Shown here: piece by piece, positions 61,836-64,000 of the stretch | Numbering within the stretch: position 1 is the stretch's first letter | Layout of the letters: each line of letters begins with the position of its first letter | NCBI RefSeq assembly: GCF_001194135.2 | Contig: NC_068983.1 | Span: forward strand, 23,192,464-23,256,463 | From: Octopus bimaculoides | Lineage: Eukaryota | Direction of reading: 5' to 3' | Length of the DNA stretch: 64,000 nucleotides | Program-made: the position numbers and the translations under genes | Notes under the pieces: generated by a model | Databases searched by the model: none | Told to the model about the DNA's origin: nothing | What the model saw: only the letters and a program-made list of their open reading frames with translations

Positions 61836-62365
61836 AAATCTCTCAGAGAGATTTATGCAGTAGCAGCACAATAAAGTGATAGTATGTTGTCAACTTAATG
61901 TGACAGTCCCATAAAAGGGAAGAATGCTACTGTTATTTAGCCCTAGGAAACACTGTTTCCTGTTGGACTTGATACATTTCCTGTGTCCTTTTTATGGGAC
62001 TGTCACATTAAGTTGACAACATATTCTCACTTTATCGTGCTGCTACTGCATAAATCTCTCTCAGAGATTTAGAAATAATTTTCAAAAATCAGTGAATGTA
62101 TTTCACTTGAAATATATATATTTTCAAAGGCAGATGGGCATCGACAGCTAACAAGCCATGCTACTCCAGAGCAATGACTCTGAAACTTAGTCTCTGGATG
62201 CTGGCTTTGCTGGGTGGAGGTGCTTATCTCTACTTTGAAAACATACGGATACAGGAAATGTGTCAAGTTCAACAGGAAACAGTGTTTTCTAGGGCTAAGT
62301 AACAGTAGCATTCTTCCCTTTTTATGGGACTGTCACATTAAGTTGACAACATACGATCGCTTTAT
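61836..62365. mobile_element. Fold-back element (85-bp arms) plus an adjacent inverted partial copy
   Basis: 61836-61920 is the reverse complement of 61986-62070; 62245-62365 is the reverse complement of the loop plus part of the left arm. Confidence 0.85.
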
Positions 62366-63328
62366 CATGGTCGGAATATCCAAGTTGCAAATTAGAATTT
62401 AGTGTTATTATCTATTAACTCTTTTGATACCAACCTGCCTGAGATTGCTTCTAAATCAATGATACCAACTTCCTGTTTTAAAGCAATCTAAATTAACAGC
62501 TTATCTCAAAATTTTATGCTAATTTATGTTCCTGATCACCAAAATAATGAGTTATTTTCAAAATTAATTGAAACAAAGGCAGTGTATTTCAGCAGAAAGA
62601 TAACAAAAGAGTTAATGATATTAATGATTTATTTATTTATTATTTAATGATTTAATTAGAGAATGAGAGTTTAAACTTAGAGAAAATAATAGATTTCATT
62701 GTCATTGTGATATTGGGATTTATTGATTATGAACAGAAGTGGAGTGATTGTATCAATGCTTTCCATAGTGATCTGGGTCCTACAAAATCCTTCAACTTTG
62801 AAGCATAGCCTTTTGAGTTGTTTCTTCAACTTCTTCCTGAAAGATTTTTTGCCAGGATTAAGAGCACAAGATATGCACATTAACTAAGCAACATCACTTT
62901 CATTACATAAATGGAGGAGATTAAGTTATATCTCTGAATGCTTTTGCTAATAGTTGTGCAACTTCCAAATTAAAGATTGCTAGAGCACAAATTCAGCTCT
63001 GAGACAGGAATTGATATCATGTAAATGTGAAAATACATACCTGTAATCAAATTACATATATTCAAACTTACAACTTACCTGGGTAGGTAACAATGAAATC
63101 ACGACGGGTAAAATAGCATTTCACATCATACACCAACAATCATTACATGTTATCACCAAGTTTCATCGAAATTCATGCAAATGTTGTATTTTTATGATTT
63201 TTATTCTGGAATAACTGCATATTTCTGAAAATATTTAGTTTCTGACAAGATTGGGAGATTTACCGAGAAAAAGCAGTACAATAATTAAAAAGTTAAAATA
63301 AAATTTATTTTATTAATTTCTTTTACAG

Positions 63329-63444
63329 TTGCAGAACCCACAGATGCAAACCCTCATAAGTAACCCACGGGCTTTAGAAGCTATAATGCAGATCCAGCAG
63401 TCCTTGCAACAGTTACAGAATGAAGCTCCTGGACTTTTTCCAGG
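63329..63444 (+). CDS. UBQLN1: Ubiquilin coding exon 11; UBA-domain exons lie beyond the right edge
   Basis: tttacag|[38 protein letters not shown](G)|gtatgc; 116 nt, ends phase 2. Confidence 0.95.
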
Positions 63445-64000
63445 GTATGCATTTGCTTTCTTAACTAAAGCAAGATATTTAAGCTTGCTTTTTTTTTTGT
63501 TTTGTTTTTAATCTCATTTTCTATTTGTTGGAGATAAAACGAAATAGAAAAATTTCTCCAAATTTTTTTGTTATAAGTAATTTCTAGGTGGTCAGCTGGT
63601 AGTGATCGTTAGCATGCCAGGCCAAATGCTTAGCAGCATTTTATCCATTTTTATGTCCTGAATCCAAATTCTGGGGTTGATAAAATAAGTACCAGTCAAG
63701 TACTGGGGTTGATGTAATTGACTTACCCTTCAAAAACTGCTGACCCTGTACCAACATTTGAAACATTATTATAAGCAATCTCTCAATTTCTTTTTTTAAA
63801 GAAATACTTAAAATCATATTTGTAGAGCCTGGACAACTCTCCAGCTAGCCAGCTTTTGCCAAACCATCCAACCCATGTCAGCATGGAAAATGGATGTTAA
63901 ATGATGATGATTTGTAGAAACTAAAGAAGGAATTATCCATCTGTGACTGATTTCAAAATATTACAAATGATTGTAAAGAATCCACTTATTATAACAGTAA

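Overview
AT-rich eukaryotic (animal) genomic DNA with four N gaps. The repeat families (tRNA-derived SINEs, RTE LINE with (ATG)n tails) look like those of an octopod cephalopod; this assignment is inference. Two spliced housekeeping genes lie head-to-head. On the minus strand are the first two coding exons of mitochondrial DNA polymerase gamma (POLG; 7124-7689 and 875-1070), with the gene continuing off the left edge. On the plus strand are eleven coding exons of a ubiquilin (UBQLN1-like; 24400-63444), with the UBA-domain exons off the right edge. All exons join in frame with GT-AG introns. The rest is introns and spacer filled with SINEs, 5'-truncated RTE LINE copies in both orientations, mariner/hAT/piggyBac-type MITEs and older retroelement debris. 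The most unusual part is 8-13 kb, the POLG 5' region and putative bidirectional promoter. It holds Penelope-type minimal hammerhead ribozyme motifs, including two copies arranged as a 76-bp inverted repeat (one per strand), three other fold-back elements (one with a tRNA-like loop), and outward-facing splice donors on both strands. Also notable: a TIR element carrying a SWIM-finger gene fragment (20.1-20.6 kb), an RTE reverse transcriptase with an embedded Cys finger patched in frame by foreign sequence (53.7 kb), and inverted MITEs bracketing ubiquilin exon 2. No CRISPR arrays, rRNA genes or intact tRNA genes were found. All alignments and folds were done by eye.
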